From positions 9,005,480-9,069,479 of the forward strand of contig CM121342.1 of NCBI GenBank assembly GCA_051530055.1: a stretch of 64,000 nt of DNA, in the 5' to 3' direction. Source of the stretch: Neoechinorhynchus agilis. Taxonomy: Eukaryota; Animalia; Acanthocephala. Shown here in pieces: positions 27,891 through 40,640 of the stretch (position 1 is the first letter of the stretch; the number at the start of each line of letters is the position of its first letter). The notes beneath the pieces were generated by a model. The model saw nothing but the letters and a program-made list of their open reading frames with translations. It searched no databases and was not told the origin of the DNA. Both the position numbers and the translations under genes were made by a program.

Positions 27891-28283
27891 TTAAAATCGT
27901 GAATAAACATTGTCAGTTAGCTGCAGGGCATTCTCCGAGCCACTCGCAAATGCAAGCGATCCAATCTTAGTGAATTTTTCGACGGAACTGAATTGGCTGT
28001 TTATATTTTGATTTTGCCACCAAATCCCTGTCTTTGGGTCAATTCCTCTAACGACTTCAATTGGTTCGAGTGTGTCGCGAATCAAACAAAGACAAGTTAA
28101 ATCCTTTTTTCTAATTTGCTTCTTTTGCCCGTAGTAATTTAAATTTGAGAATCGCTCAAAATTCTTCTCGGTTAAGTTTAATGGTCGCTTTCTCTTCATT
28201 GGAACGACGTTTTGCGCACGCGGGAGGCTTACTATTCGCAATTCTCCTCTGCTTAATTCTCTGAAAGACGGTTCGAGTTGCAC
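27891..28283 (-). CDS. Unassigned ORF or exons
   Basis: 130-aa ORF with plausible ttttag acceptor and gtaagc donor; no family recognised. Confidence 0.25.
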   Translation of the reverse strand: MQLEPSFRELSRGELRIVSLPRAQNVVPMKRKRPLNLTEKNFERFSNLNYYGQKKQIRKKDLTCLCLIRDTLEPIEVVRGIDPKTGIWWQNQNINSQFSSVEKFTKIGSLAFASGSENALQLTDNVYSRF

Positions 28284-28781
28284 CGATTGCGACGCAAGGT
28301 CTAAAAAAATGAATTTCCTCTGTCCGTGAGACCTGTAATTGCAATCATTTTTCGGCTAAACTCGCAACACGCAAAAATCCGTTTAAAATTCCAGTTTTAA
28401 TACTTAATAAAATAAGATTCAGCAAAAAATTCCCAAAAATTCGCAATTTTTAATGAGGGCTTCGAAAAAAGCGTAGTTTTTATCCCATAACAACATAAAC
28501 CCTAATAATCGTTAACAATCCCTTTTTATATTGACGGGCGTGAGATGTGGACATTCCAATTCAAGTTTTCGTTATACTGAAGACCCGTAAATCCGTTGAT
28601 CTCTCTAAATGGTGACGTCTGAAGTTTTCAGATTCATTTTTTCTGATTAATGGTCCATTTCAACCTACAATTTGTAAATTAAAGAAATGTTCAAATGAAT
28701 GAGATGTGTGATATAAAAGCAGCTCTTCGTTTCAATGAAACCCATTTTTATTTAAGATAACATAGGGCATGTAAAACGGCT

Positions 28782-29828
28782 TTAATTTTCAAAAGTTGAA
28801 TCTCCAGTATTTTGGACTCTTTTTATTGTAACATTGATGGGTAGATTGAACGACGGAGCAGATAGTCCTGTAAGATGCGGCGAAGATGGTCGTAAGTTAT
28901 CAGTGCTACTGTTAATGTTACCATGGATACACGTAGTTGAGGTTTGAGGGCAAGCGAACTTGCGGACAACGAATTCATTGAAGACCATACAATCGCCGTC
29001 TACGATAGCACCTTGGATTCCGCCTCCATCGACAATGTTTCGGCAGATTGATTGGAAAAGGATTCGTCTTGTATGATCGGTGCAACTAACAAGTTCAAGA
29101 CGATACGTGAATCTTTCTTGTGATCCGGATCTTGAAATAACCTGTACGATGCAATAGAAGTGATAGCGTGGATTATGTTGATGATTTCCGATTTTTTGTT
29201 TTTGTAGAATAAGGATAAAGTCGTGGTCAAAGCATCGTTGCATCATGACCCAATTGACCTGGCCGGTCCTTTGATGAGGTCCAGGTCCGTCCAGAATGAC
29301 TTCGGTTGCCAAAAACACGATTTCCTCACCGGCTAAACTTGTAACAGACGGATGATCACTCGATTCGAGGTGTCGAACAACGTCATTGGGCGAGAGGCCA
29401 GTCCAGTGGCACGGTGGTCCAGGACATGGACACGTAAAAGGTCTACACGGGCATTCTCGTTCATGTTGGAGTTTTTCACGCCAATCCAATGTCCGCTGGC
29501 ACCCGAGTTCAGCGTATTTGCAAGGGAAAGGGATCATATGTACGATCCGTTCGAGTGACAAGTTCCTGCTTCCCCATAAGAACTCACTGTCGCGACATGA
29601 CGGGCACGTTGGGCATCGCGGCCTACACTGAGCACAAGCGATATGGCCATTTCTACATTGCAGGATAGGCGGTAGAACGTATTCGAAGCACACGGGACAC
29701 TCGGCCATTGCAAGGAGCTCTTGTTGAACCAAAGAAGTCGGTGAGATTGAGATTGGTTCGACCATTTCACTACTAGGCGGAGTGTTGACTGTTGAGTTCG
29801 TTGTCGTCGTTGTCGTCGGTTTCCTCAT
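28782..29828 (-). CDS. SIAH1: SIAH/sina RING E3 ubiquitin ligase
   Basis: CPVCFEYVLPPILQCRNGHIAC..CPSCR RING; RNLSLER..FPCKYAELGC..HEREC..CPCPG zinc fingers; GEEIVFLAT, WVMMQRCFDHDF, NLPINVTI; intronless. Confidence 0.95.
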   Translation of the reverse strand: MRKPTTTTTTNSTVNTPPSSEMVEPISISPTSLVQQELLAMAECPVCFEYVLPPILQCRNGHIACAQCRPRCPTCPSCRDSEFLWGSRNLSLERIVHMIPFPCKYAELGCQRTLDWREKLQHERECPCRPFTCPCPGPPCHWTGLSPNDVVRHLESSDHPSVTSLAGEEIVFLATEVILDGPGPHQRTGQVNWVMMQRCFDHDFILILQKQKIGNHQHNPRYHFYCIVQVISRSGSQERFTYRLELVSCTDHTRRILFQSICRNIVDGGGIQGAIVDGDCMVFNEFVVRKFACPQTSTTCIHGNINSSTDNLRPSSPHLTGLSAPSFNLPINVTIKRVQNTGDSTFEN

Positions 29829-30230
29829 TTCCACTCACAAACCTTAACGCACACTCGCGCGCCAATGGACTATTTGAACGAGAGTGGGTGTTTGAATGTG
29901 GAACGAGCGAGCGAGAGAGAGAAAGTCTAAGAATGAACGAAGGTTTAGATAGTTAACGAATGTTGATCTGTCGATTTGAGGGGCACAGATTCGGCAATCC
30001 GCCACTTGGCCGTCATCCTCGCTCTCTCTGAAACAAACACGTTCCGTTAGCGGGGTTACGCGTACGCACACACGCACATACACACGCAATCTTGAAAACA
30101 GGTAAATACGAGCGCGAAAGAAACATGTCGTCCGAATTACGTCATCCATGCAAAAGGATTCTTTCGTGTATTATACAATCGACGAATATTGTAAAAAAAT
30201 TGAAGAACTGATCATTCTTTTAAGAACAGA

Positions 30231-30722
30231 CTGATGATTGACTCCTTTGTGGTGTTTGCAGAACGTCTTTAATTACTAAAAAACTGACGATGAATCCCTG
30301 ACGAGATTCGCAGAACGTCTTTAATAAAGTCTTAAACGTCTTTTAAGAACTAAAAACTGATGATAAATCCCCGACGAGATTCGCAGAACGTCTTTAGTAA
30401 CTAAAAAACTGATGATGAATCCCCGACGAGGTTCGCAGAACGTCTTTAGTAACTAAAAAACTGACGATGAATCCCCGACGAGATTCGCAGAACGTCTTTA
30501 ATAAAGTCTTAAACGTCTTTTAAGAACTAAAAAACTGATGATGAATCCCCGACGAGATTCGCAGAACGTCTTTAGTAACTAAAAACTGACGATGAATCCC
30601 CGACGAGATTCGCAGAACGTCTTTAATAAAGTCTTAAACGTCTTTTACTAACTAAAAAACTGACGATGAACCCTTTACGATTTTCTCAGAGCCTCTTTAA
30701 TAAAGATTCTTTACCGGGTAAA
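30231..30722 (+). repeat. Tandem array of a hammerhead-like unit (mixed 52-bp and 74-bp units, about 8 copies)
   Basis: CTGA(C/T)GAT at 30231, 30284, 30357, 30409, 30461, 30535, 30586 and 30660; unit CTGAYGA-T-GAATC-CCCGACGA-GATTC-GCAGAACGTC. Confidence 0.95.
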
Positions 30723-31239
30723 GACTTCTAAATAGAACCCTCCAATAGGAAAAGGCTCAGAGTTTACTTTGAAGCAATCTAGACGGAAGATATTTCTTTT
30801 TTTGGCAGTTTAATCAACATCTATAAAACTAAAAAAGCAGTGACAAATATCGAGAAATTCGGTGAATTTATATGTACGCGAATTGGTATGGTTTCAAAAA
30901 AACCATAAAAGAAATTGGTGTTACTTTTTAACGAGAACCGAATTCGTCCAAAGTTGGAGCGAGAGCGTTCCCTTTAAAAAGCGCGAGCGCTGAAAAATAT
31001 ACCTGGCGCACGTCGAGACTACGAGTCACTCAGCGGAGTACGCAAAAACGATGCGTGGCAGACGTTCAATGGGGGAGAGATAACCAGTCATTGAATATTA
31101 TTCATAAGCAGCCTTGGCTTTTTTAGATGCAAACACGAAAGAAACCAAAAATCATCGACAAACTAAATGTTTCGGATTAATCAAAGTATTCTTTTGGCGG
31201 AAATAATCAACCGGTCATTGATATATTTCGAAGGAGGTA

Positions 31240-31530
31240 ACTTCGCCTCATCAGCATCGAGCGGATTTTGGTGGCACCCACTTTATAGAAATAGAGCAAA
31301 ACTTAAAAAGACGGCTTGTTTTGGAGGCCTTACATATCGTTGTGTCCAACACAATGGAAGGAAATAAAGCTAATATTAGCTTGAAACTTCCAGCCATCGA
31401 CGTGTTAAAAATCAATGCTAAAATCATGGGAAAAACGTAGTACAGCACAGGGGGGTTCGAGCGGATAATTGGTCCCCGAACTTCGGGTTTGGCGATCCCG
31501 CGCACTCGAGCTTAAAACCTTAATGTGTAA
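31240..31530 (+). mobile_element. Copy of the Penelope 3' end (GIY-YIG C-terminus), pLTR-like
   Basis: Near-identical to about 32965-33195 (HRADFGGTHFIEIEQNLKRRLVLEALHI), with an extra ~50-bp segment. Confidence 0.8.
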
Positions 31531-31810
31531 AACTCAGCAACCAAACAATGAATGGCCCAGCGAATCTTCTGATGAGGAGGATTTAACTTTTAACGAGGAT
31601 AATGAACCGGACAATACAACAGAACAAATGGAAGTAGCTAATCACATAGCTGTTATCGATGAAATCATTTCTGCAGTTATAAGCGGGACCCCTGATGATG
31701 AATACATTCCACCAGCTCTTGGAGAATTTTATCAACGAATTAGAAGCCTTTTCAATGAGCTACAAGAAGACAATACCTCAGAGGAAGACGAGGAGCAATG
31801 GCAACAGTAA
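31531..31810 (+). CDS. Acidic orphan ORF segment between two Penelope termini
   Basis: Open frame QQPNNEWPSESSDEED...EFYQRIRSLFNELQED..*; no clear start codon. Confidence 0.3.
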
Positions 31811-32246
31811 AACTTCCGCCAATTCTATAAATTCGCCATTTCTTTTTAAATATATTGATACAGAGCTTTTGTTTCAGAGATGCAATTGAAAACACCATAA
31901 TTTCGGTTCATATCGTAATTTCAATATAAAACGCCATCGAAAAAATTCATAGACGCGAATCATAAACTGCATTTTAACGAACCCACATAATATTTTTGAT
32001 ATAAACATTTCAACAAATGCAAAAAAATTTGAATAAGTAAACGAAACATAATAACTGAAAGAAATTCAATCTTTTTAAGTCTGCGATTTTTTACAGATAA
32101 TCCGTAAAACAAAATCGGTATTATAGTTTAAATCCAAAATGCAGAATTACATTACCGAGATAATTGTAATCATTAGCTTATTGTCCATTTCTGTATCAAC
32201 CATTTATCTTTTATAATTTTGGTAAAAATAATCCCGTTATTAGCAC

Positions 32247-33320
32247 AATCGCTCTCAGAAGCACATTCAAGAAGGGTAAAATTGAGATGTGGACGATGTA
32301 TTCATTCTGACTGATTCTGACTGATTCAAACAACAACAGAGATTCTCTAAATGGTGAACTTAACAGTCAAGATCCACACATACAGTTTACAGTCAATGAA
32401 GAGGACATAAATGATGAAGTCTCGTTCCTGGACGTCCTTGTCAAGCGTTCTGCACAAGGCAAAGTTAGCACTTCACTTTACCGCAAGGAGAACTTGCCAT
32501 AGGGACCACCACACTGGTCAAGTCACCAACCGATGAGGTTCCGAAGTGCTACTCTTATCTCATCTACTCGATTTGCATGGATTAGGGAAAGGGAGAGGAT
32601 AGTACAGAAGCTGAAAATGAGGGTACCTCCCAAATGGATTATAGACCGGGAAATCAGAGGCAGTAACTACCATCCGCATAACAACAACAAATCTTCTTCA
32701 GAGCCTGTATGCTTCGAAATAGTGCACTTCATTGATGATGACAGGAATCAAATGATTTACTCCATTATGAATAAGAAGGCTGGAATTCGTCTATACAATA
32801 CTAAAGGAATCGCTCTCAGAAGCACTTTCAAGAAGACGGATAAAATTGAGCCGACTAGTCTATCGGACAAACGATGCAAGGCATTGAGAAGTGGTTCGCT
32901 CAACTTAAGCAAGTTTGTAGTCGATTTGAGCATTCGTCGATAATCTCTAATCATCAAACGGCATGTAAGCATCGAGCGGATTTTGGTGGCACCCACTTTA
33001 TAGAAATAGAGCAAAACTTAAAAAGACGGCTTGTTTTGGAGGCCTTACATATCGTTGTGTCCAACACAATGGAAGGAAATAAAGCTAATATTAGCTTGAA
33101 ACTTCCAGCCATCGATGTGTTAAAAATCAATGCTTCCCCGAACTTCGGGTTGGCAATCCCTCGCAATCGAGCTTAAAACCTTGACGTGTAAAACTATAGA
33201 AGAAGCTCGCTTTTGGTAAATTCCTTCGTATTAAAAGTAAACAAACGTCCAATCAGTCGATTAAATGAAACTCCATCTTAGATTTGCTGATGAGAAACGA
33301 GAATGCGAAAAATTTGGGGA
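32247..33320 (+). mobile_element. Penelope-like element, 5'-truncated and decayed
   Basis: VDDVFIL, IQFTVNEE..VSFLDVLVKR..TSLYRK, thumb/linker, IGQT..HRADF..EQNLKRRLVLEALHI (GIY-YIG), then a hammerhead-like CTGATGAG..CGAAA at about 33287-33313. Confidence 0.85.
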
Positions 33321-33344
33321 TTGTTTTTTATATGCCGGTGAAAA

Positions 33345-33770
33345 ATTAATGGAATTTATTGATTCCGATTGGTTTCGGAGCCACAATCTTGTACGCCTTT
33401 TGATCAAAGTTGTTTATTATCACTAAAAAGAACACTTCTAAAAACATGAATAGTTCAACCTTAAAACACTTTGGTGATTGTTGACGTTTTTGAACCAATT
33501 CTTAAACAAAAGAAAATCAAATAACTACACTTAAGAATGTTGATATTTGAGCAAGAAGCGGGGAATATTTAGGTATACCGATGATAAAGAATTTTTTAGT
33601 GAAGACCTAAATTATTATTTATTAAAGTCGTTTCGTTTATCATCAGTTGAACCGTACGAGATCTGAAACGTCCTTAATCAAAATAATCATTTACCGCGGG
33701 TGTAGACTTCTAAACAATAATTCCAATCACATTCCCCCCGGTACCTCACATGTCGACACTTAAATTATAC
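33345..33770. repeat. Cluster of Penelope-terminus / hammerhead-like motifs in both orientations
   Basis: Minus strand CCGAAACCAATCGGAATCAATAAATTCC (33345-33380) and CTGATGATAAACGAAACGAC (33625-33647); plus strand GAAACGTCCTTAAT..TTTACCGCGGG; 33700-33760 recurs at 45540-45595. Confidence 0.7.
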
Positions 33771-34317
33771 TTCTAATACTCGACGAAATTTCACCGGGTT
33801 TTGGAATCAAAACTCTAACTTAATTTTTCGAGATAGTCGTAATTCCCCTCCCCATTGAACTTCATCATTTCGAGTATAAAAAGGTGTAATAAAAGAAAGC
33901 GTGATTTTTTGTTTAGAAAATAGTCAAAATTTACAGATTTTATAAATAGAAACCTTAGAGTTTGTCTAGAGCATAGTCGTAATCTCCTACATAGTTGATT
34001 CCTAAATGAACGATTAGAAGAAAAATAAGTTACCTGAGTGTGTGTAGGAATGTAATAGATGGAAATAGAAAACTTGGACTTGGCATCATATCAATGAATA
34101 GAACAAAGATGTAGGGAAGATACCTTAAGGCATGAGATTATTCGTAAATGGCTATAAGCATTGTAGATAACGAGACTTTTTTTGAAAAGATATTGTCGGT
34201 TGCGTACATACAAATTTGTGATATTTATCAATTGAAACCCACATACAATTTTTTCAATTGTACTCACGCCACTCATCGCGAAGTATAAAAGCGAGTTTGA
34301 AAGGATTTCTTAAATTT

Positions 34318-35546
34318 TTAATTTAGTGTGTGTGTGCCTGTATCGCTTGTTTGTAAGACCATATCGCCAGGATTTGTATACAGAGCAGATTTTGTATTGC
34401 CATCATTTGTCAAGATATAATCTAATAAATTTGAAACAGTATCATGTGGATTTCATTATTATGAAAAAGACAAAGAGAATGTCGCACCTTTGACAAGACA
34501 TTCCGTGGGTAGAGTGATTGATATAATCTTGCAAATGATTTCATCTTGATTGGCTTGATTGGTTTGAGAAAGGAACGTACGAAGGTCGGTGAATCGTCCG
34601 ACAATGTCTTGAATCGAAGGCCGACGTCGTTCAGACGATCGAGTCCAAACACTGAGCTCAGCACTTCCACGTCCGTGTGGACCTTTCATCCGAACGATTT
34701 GACATGAGGATGCCGGTTCTCGGCCGGGATAGTAAAGACTGTTTCTACGATTGTCATGGGTGATTCTCTGTAAAGCGTATATAACTTTATCATGATTTAT
34801 AGATCCAAGAAAAAACGTGTAGATATTGTCGTCTCGGAGTCCGACGAGTTCAACTGCGAGTACTTGTCCTCTGCATAAACGAACAGATCCCGTCAACTGA
34901 ACATTGAAACTTTGTGCGTTCATAAGAAATCGAAAGGAAAATTAAAACACTTACACTATCCGGATCATGACAAATAAAATGAACGGGCGAATCGTAAATT
35001 GTATTTTGATCTTCTTGAGTTTTATGGGGAAACGAGGACATTCCCTAAATGAGTAAAAACAAAAAGATTATAATAACCCTTTCACATTCAGAGTTAACTT
35101 TAATTCAAAAATCCTTCTCAGCGCCTTTTGGATTTACCTGCGACAGCTTGCTGATCATTTGAAGATTAGTGCTAGACAATCGTTGGCAAACAGCGCAAAC
35201 AGCAACATAGTCGAATTGATGAAGGACAACATTCAAATGAAATGATCGCCTCCAATCATACCGATCTTTCAGTTTTAAACATTCACTCACTCTTTCTGAA
35301 CCATGCCGATATACTTCAGTTACAGTCTAACATCTAGACAGCGTCTATGAAATATTCTTTAATTGTACGACAAACCTTCTCTTCATCATTTCGATTTGAC
35401 CGGACGAAGAATATTAGATCATCTTTTGCCACGCCCATTTTAAAATCTTCAGACCCGAAGTAATCACAAAAGCCCGAATGCCAATCACTTTTTGTTTGAT
35501 CGCAGCTTCTAAGCGTTGCGAGTAGACCTCCAGGTAAAGAAGTCAT
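34318..35546 (-). CDS. KIAA0930: KIAA0930/DUF2045-like protein, multi-exon
   Basis: DDLIFFVR, DWRRSFHLNVVLHQFDYVAVCAVC, AVELV, FLGSI, VRMKGPHGRGSAELSV parallel KIAA0930 ([40 protein letters not shown]). Confidence 0.85.
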
Positions 35547-36049
35547 TTAAAATCGAAAAATCTACAATAAATGAATTTGTAAAAGCAGAACATCTCATTG
35601 TGCTAAGTGATAAAGGTTAAACAACGATATGTGTTTAGGCGACGTTCAAAATTTTTGAGCAAGAAGGTGAAGTTACTCAGCTAGGAAAATGAGTTGCTCT
35701 TACACTTGCAACCTGTAATTTATAAGAATATCATTAAACCCGGTTTCTTTGAACGATTTCAACTACTGTAAGAGACTTATAGAATCCTGTTGGCCAATCT
35801 TTTTAGACTAAACAGCCTTTATGCGATTTTTTTAACGAAAACCTACGATGATAATACAACCGAGTATGATGGGTTCTTTTTTATGTTTGGCTTATCGATT
35901 TATTTACTAATTTGAGCAACAGTAACCCGTTAACCACCATTGAAAAGCACATATCTTTAAGATTCTCTAAGCTAGATATTGCAAGTGCAAAGTTCGTTCC
36001 ACAAAATCCATGATTCGTAAAACTGCTACCGTTAACAAAATACCCAATC

Positions 36050-37210
36050 TCACACATTAACAGTTCTTTCCTTATGTTTTTCCTTACGAGGAATCCATGC
36101 ATATTTCCTTACTCGGCTCCTATAAGCATCGACCTCCTTTCTATACCACGTCGGCATCCACTCTTCATACGGCTCGGCATGTGGATAAGGAAGATTGTCG
36201 TGTATGTGTCCTTCAAATGGACAGACGTCTTCTAGATATTGCTTTAAAACTTGTTCATTTACGTCTTTTCTGTCTCGATAAGCATCCAAGTACCTACGAA
36301 TTCTATAAACTATAAATAGTATTTAAAAAATTAACCTGTTGAACGGTAGGAGCTCCGGATGAATAACTTGTTCAGGAAGTTTATCATTTTCAAGTTTGTA
36401 CTCAAACACGGGCTCAGAGATTCCTGAAACGAATATTGGAATTTTAACTATCAACAAATAAAATTTACCTATTCTTTGATGAAAAGTCGTTGTAACATTC
36501 GCTTCCCATCGCGATTGGATAAAACAGATTCCTATAATCTTCAGTTTGTTCGTCTTTACAAACTCACTCACTTTAAGTGTTCGTGCTTTTATTTCGTCCA
36601 GTCCACGACTTGTTGGATCGTAATCAAATTGCAACTTCTGATTAGGTAATTGCCGAATCAAAAGAGCAGCGAATCGCTGAGAACCAAGTCCACGAATGGG
36701 AAAGGGTCGAAGAAATGGTACGGGTTCATCGCGATATTGAATCTGATTTCCTTTTACATGTGCATTTGTCCTATATGTGATAAAACGACATCCAAGTATA
36801 CATTTAAAAAAAGAAGAAAACGCATACGCCATCCATAAAACAAGCTCACGGTCAGCATCCACTAAATTTCCATCCATGGCAATTAGCATCAAACTGTAAC
36901 GTCCACTGGGAACACCATCAATACTGAAATCCGGCCGTGATGACATCTTAAGAAGGTTTGAATTACGGTTCTTAGGGGGGGAATTCACCTGTCCTGGGGT
37001 CAAAAAGTTTCCATAGTACATATTTATATCATTTCCAAAACTCACACTGAGTACACCTTCCAAAGAAAACTCTTCACCAAGATCTTGGAGAACGCCGTAA
37101 TGCCATGCAGATCGTTTAATCTCATTATGGTAGCTGGAATTATTCAATCGGATACATTCAAAAATCCGAGTTGCTTCGATATCATTTAAGTCCAAAAGCA
37201 CTAAAACCAA
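36050..37210 (-). CDS. MRPL38: Mitochondrial ribosomal protein mL38 (PEBP fold); 5' exons probably extend to about 38.0 kb
   Basis: HYGVLQDL, YYGNFLTP, YSLMLIAMDGNL..ELVLW, FLRPFPIRGLGSQRF..LIRQ, QSRWE, PVFEY, final exon YLDAYRD. Confidence 0.85.
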
Positions 37211-38248
37211 ATGAATTTAAGCATTATGAAAGTCGTAAGAAACTGAACGTGATTTTTGGACCAAAAAAGCTTAAGAATCCAAAAACCAATTTATGATCGG
37301 AACAATTGTTTAAATTTTACTAAATTCGAAATGCACTCTAAAAAGGCGACCGTTGGCACGGGAAAACGTTCTGACAATAAAATTAAATATTAGATATCGA
37401 TCTCATTCTGTACTGTGCTGAACGACAGCGTCTCAATGGAACTCAAAAACTTGACGGAATATGAAATTATAAATATTTCATCCCGAAAAACTATCGTGTT
37501 TGAAAAATAGGAGTACAAATTTGTACAATGTGATGTTGCACGAACAGTAGGCTGATCCTGGAGCAAAAATAGCTAATATCCAGTGATTAACATGTTTAAA
37601 TTTATATATTGTAGGGCAGTATTAAAACACGAATGCATCCACATTGAGAAGGCATCACGGGGCTCCATTTTAAATCTTAATAAGAACAAATAGTCCATAA
37701 ACTACAATGGTACATTTTAGATTACAGTGGAACATTAATTATCCCGATATATTTTCAGTTAGCTACATGAACTTTAACCACAAAATACTTAAAAGTGGTT
37801 TGGCTTGAAGTAAAAAGTGCGACACCTTTTCCGTAGAAAAAGGAAATTCTTAATTCGGTACTGCGTCGGATGGCCTGGAGAAAGGAAAAAGTGGAACGTC
37901 TCTGGCACAGTTTTATAACGTTGGAAATTCACCCATTTCCGATAATCAGCGACCTTGCAGCGAACAAACGAAGGTGTGCAATGATAAAAAGATATCAAAT
38001 AAGTGATTATTTTCAACAATAAAGCTAAAAATATTTAATTCTATCGCAATTTCGCTTTTTTAAATCACTTTCCCCGCATTCACTGTGTTTCGGTTATCCG
38101 AAACAAATCTCGTATCAGAATGGTGTCCGGTCCAAATCAATTCGCACATAAACGACGCTCTACTGTATTTTTTTGACAAAAGACACAAAACCTAGAAAGT
38201 TCTGCTAAGAATGAAGAACATCGACAATAGGAATTTCATTAAAAAAAC

Positions 38249-38478
38249 ACATACCTTTCCGATCATTTTGTTGTTTAACCATCAGTTGCGAAAGTTTGTT
38301 CGTTCTGTATGTACTCGAATTTGCAGCTAAGCGAGCATCTATTCTTCGTGAGCGTTGTGGTTCACTCAAGCAAACTGGATCTTCTGCGACAATGCGGCAT
38401 AATCGACTCTCGAGTGATGGCCAACGGTCAGTATCAAACGAGTACTCGTCATGGGTCACTTCCCATTTATTCTTCATT
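38249..38478 (-). CDS. Unassigned exon (possibly MRPL38 5' region or a separate gene)
   Basis: Open frame bounded by a cacag acceptor and a gtatgt donor. Confidence 0.3.
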
Positions 38479-38569
38479 CTGTGTGGGAAACGTCTACATC
38501 AGTGATCGATGCTGTGTTAAGAATCATAGAAATACTAAAAAATTAATCATAGAGAATTATCGTCGGTGT

Positions 38570-38835
38570 GAATTTGATTCGAGTTTGGCGATGTTTTTCC
38601 CCAGGACTGTTGTTGGTGTTGATCATATATTTTAAAATATTTCGTAAACTTTTTCGTTTACCTCTTCAGTTAGATCTACAAGTTAAGCTAAAGTCAAAAT
38701 TGGACAATAGGCGTGGATCCGCGGGTTCGCCAAGCGCCGTGTACACCAGCTGCGGTGACTTAACGTTTTGGTTTTAATGATCAACACCAACAACAATCCG
38801 GGGGAAAAATCGCCAAACACGAATAAAAAATTAAT
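38570..38835. repeat. Imperfect inverted repeat (about 55-bp arms, about 150-bp spacer)
   Basis: ATGATCAACACCAACAACA.TCC.GGGGAAAAA occurs on both strands; the spacer holds a minus-strand CTGAAGAGGTAAACGAAA. Confidence 0.8.
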
Positions 38836-39119
38836 ATTGAACATTTCTCATAATGGAAAACTGGTGATAAACTTTAATTTCGAAATATGCATATGGGCAG
38901 CTCGAAATTTAAGCCTCGCTAATAATAAAATCTACAACCGACTTTGTTTCTCGTTCATACATAAAGTCGTCATGATTTTATATTGAGGACACTGCAGTGA
39001 GCAACTTCATTCCGTTCGAATAGGAGAGTTCATTTAGACCAGTATTTATTGGTGGTGGATTATTCCTTACAAAGGGTCCAAACGAAAATGCGAATATTTT
39101 AAATATTTGGTCCTAAAAG

Positions 39120-39265
39120 TACTCTACGTCGGTAAATAATTTATTATTAAAAGTGTTTCGAACCTCGTCGCGTTAGCAGAATAACCATTTAAGAACTTGT
39201 AGTTTAGAACTTATGATGTACCCGACAAGGTTCGAAACGTTTTTAATAAAAAAATTATTTACCGA
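39120..39265. repeat. Back-to-back pair of degenerate hammerhead-like motifs
   Basis: Minus CGACGAGGTTCGAAACAC..AATTATTTACCG; plus CTTATGAT..CGACAAGGTTCGAAACGT..AATTATTTACCG. Confidence 0.7.
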
Positions 39266-39709
39266 ATGAAAACCTAAACAATAATTCTAATCATATACCA
39301 CCACAAAATTTATGGGAGCTTAGAGAAAGAAAAAGTAACACAAATCATTTCAACAAAATCGGTGCACAGTGACCGAATTTCTTTTCCCTTTCAAATGCTC
39401 GACTTTAATTCGAAGTTTTTATTTGGAATTTAAAAATAGTTTAAAGGCTCGAAATATAAATTATCGAATTTTCGAATGTGAAATTTCACTGCATATCACA
39501 TAACGGATTATCGACCACTAATCCACGCCACAAGTTAGATACGTATTCCATTGGATTTGGTTCAATATCATAATGAACGGAAAGATTTCTAACCTGACCC
39601 ATAAGCAATTGAAGTTTCTTTAAATCAGTTGCCCTCATAATTCCCAAATTCATCTAAAACGGAGTGGCGCACTAAACTGCGGAATAGAGTTCAAGCATCT
39701 AAAAAATGA

Positions 39710-40505
39710 TCAGATCGGTTTCTTTTTGAATAACTTCATAAGAAGCACTACCCAAATAAAAGCGACTACAACGGCAATCACAGCGAATAACTGTGAACAA
39801 TTCGGCAGCCATGAAATGCGGGCTTTGAGCGTTTTTGTTTGTTTACTCAGTCGGTCAATATTTAATGATACAGACGCTTCTATTGAGCTGATCTTTTTGA
39901 TATCTTGAGCTAAGACAAGATGAGCTGATTCGGCCTGATCTCTGAGCATCTTTGATAACTCAGTCATTTGTCCGACTATTTCATCTTGTCGAATCAGGTT
40001 CCTGTCGATCCTTTCATTCTTTGAAAGTTCGCCTGAAGTACCTCGATATCTAAGCTCGTGAGTAGACTCAACAGTTACGAATTCATCTTCGTTGTCTGCT
40101 TTTTCGAGGGTAGACTTCGTAGAAAATGATTCAGAATTAGATTCGAGAGACTTAATCCTCTGTCGATAGCTATCGATCACTGATGCATCGAGAGGACTAA
40201 ACACAATCTGAAGATTAGTGTTCCATTGAAGAAAAATATTACTCTTCCGATCGCTCCAATTCGTGCATGATGTCTTCGGCGACTAAAATCCAGAGCTAAA
40301 TAAAAATTATTTAAGAACCAATGAAATATTTCTTTAATATAATTTCAGTACAGTAATGAAAACGCAAAATTACTCTTAAAACATAAGAAAATGCAGCAAA
40401 GGACATATTTCAAAAGCAATTACTAACCTTCTTTTCATTTTGACTGTAACTGTCACAAACATTCAAAATTTCATTGAGTCTAAATTGTAAAAGGCAAAAT
40501 GGCAT
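39710..40505 (-). CDS. USE1: Vesicle transport Qc-SNARE USE1
   Basis: Exon 1 MPFCLLQFRLNEILNVCD; last exon VIDSYRQRIKSL..QDEIVGQMTELSKMLRDQAESAHLVLAQD (SNARE coil) plus a C-terminal TM ending KKKPI. Confidence 0.8.
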
Positions 40506-40544
40506 CTAAAAAATGACTAATTTTTTACATAAAAGCACATAACG

Positions 40545-40640
40545 TGCAATCACCACCGTCCGCAAAATCCTAGCTTCTCTCCTTCCTCGGCTGTCGCTAT
40601 CACGCTAGCCGAATTGCCTCGTTGTACTGCAAGCCAAAGA
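40545..40640 (-). mobile_element. CRE-like 3' end fragment
   Basis: SLAVQRGNSASV; 3' tail similar to 12810-12860. Confidence 0.75.

Noticed and set aside
30231-30722. CRISPR-like appearance of the short repeat array
   Set aside because: There are no unique spacers, units are contiguous near-identical copies, no cas genes are present and the context is eukaryotic
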